Positions 37,279 through 39,823 of a DNA stretch of 39,823 nucleotides are shown here, piece after piece. The notes under the pieces were generated by a model. The model was not told the DNA's origin, did not search any database, and worked only from the letters and a program-made list of their open reading frames with translations. The DNA is from Halorhodospira sp. (GTDB lineage: Bacteria > Pseudomonadota > Gammaproteobacteria > Nitrococcales > Halorhodospiraceae): assembly GCA_007127935.1 (NCBI GenBank), contig SKYL01000120.1, positions 1-39,823 of the forward strand, written 5' to 3'. How positions within the stretch are numbered: the first letter of the stretch is position 1; every line of letters begins with the position of its first letter. The translations under genes were made by a program, and so were the position numbers.

Positions 37279-37319
37279 TCACTCTGCCGGGGACCGTTAC
37301 AAACCGCCCCAGAGGCCTG

Positions 37320-39823
<2,504 letters not shown>

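Overview
High-GC (roughly two-thirds G+C by eye) chromosomal segment with gammaproteobacterial core synteny. The backbone is hemW-rdgB-rph, yicC-gmk, cls/FAD-oxidase/mlaA, then ychF-pth-rplY-prs-tRNA(Gln)-ispE-lolB-TPR-hemA-prfA, and later prmC-moeB and gatB-gatA. I support 38 CDS (two cut by the window edges), 2 tRNAs, 3 repeat or palindromic elements and 2 weak promoter candidates. I see no rRNA, CRISPR array, transposase or integrase. Many track ORFs are antisense or N-terminally over-extended high-GC artefacts and were trimmed or rejected. Signalling genes are interleaved with the backbone: an Aer-like and a second MCP, REC-PAS-GGDEF, REC-PilZ, GAF-HD-GYP, a CHASE2 class III cyclase and CpdA. 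Several gene pairs deserve a second look. (1) A Pab1020/Rnl3-type ATP-dependent RNA ligase is translationally coupled to a DUF4202 protein. (2) An Irr-like Fur-family regulator sits upstream of a NYN nuclease fused to a cold-shock-like domain. (3) A GAF-HD-GYP / CHASE2-cyclase / CpdA cluster is attached to prfA and splits the usual prfA-prmC linkage. (4) A stand-alone ClpX paralogue has altered pore and ClpP-docking loops. (5) A Trm112-like gene lies directly upstream of prmC. (6) A palindromic element of about 260 bp lies between moeB and gatB. (7) A dispersed GCTCGCAATGACGG / GATTGCTTCG repeat family occurs at two loci. All functional calls come from motif recognition by eye and memory of family sequences. 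No searches were run.
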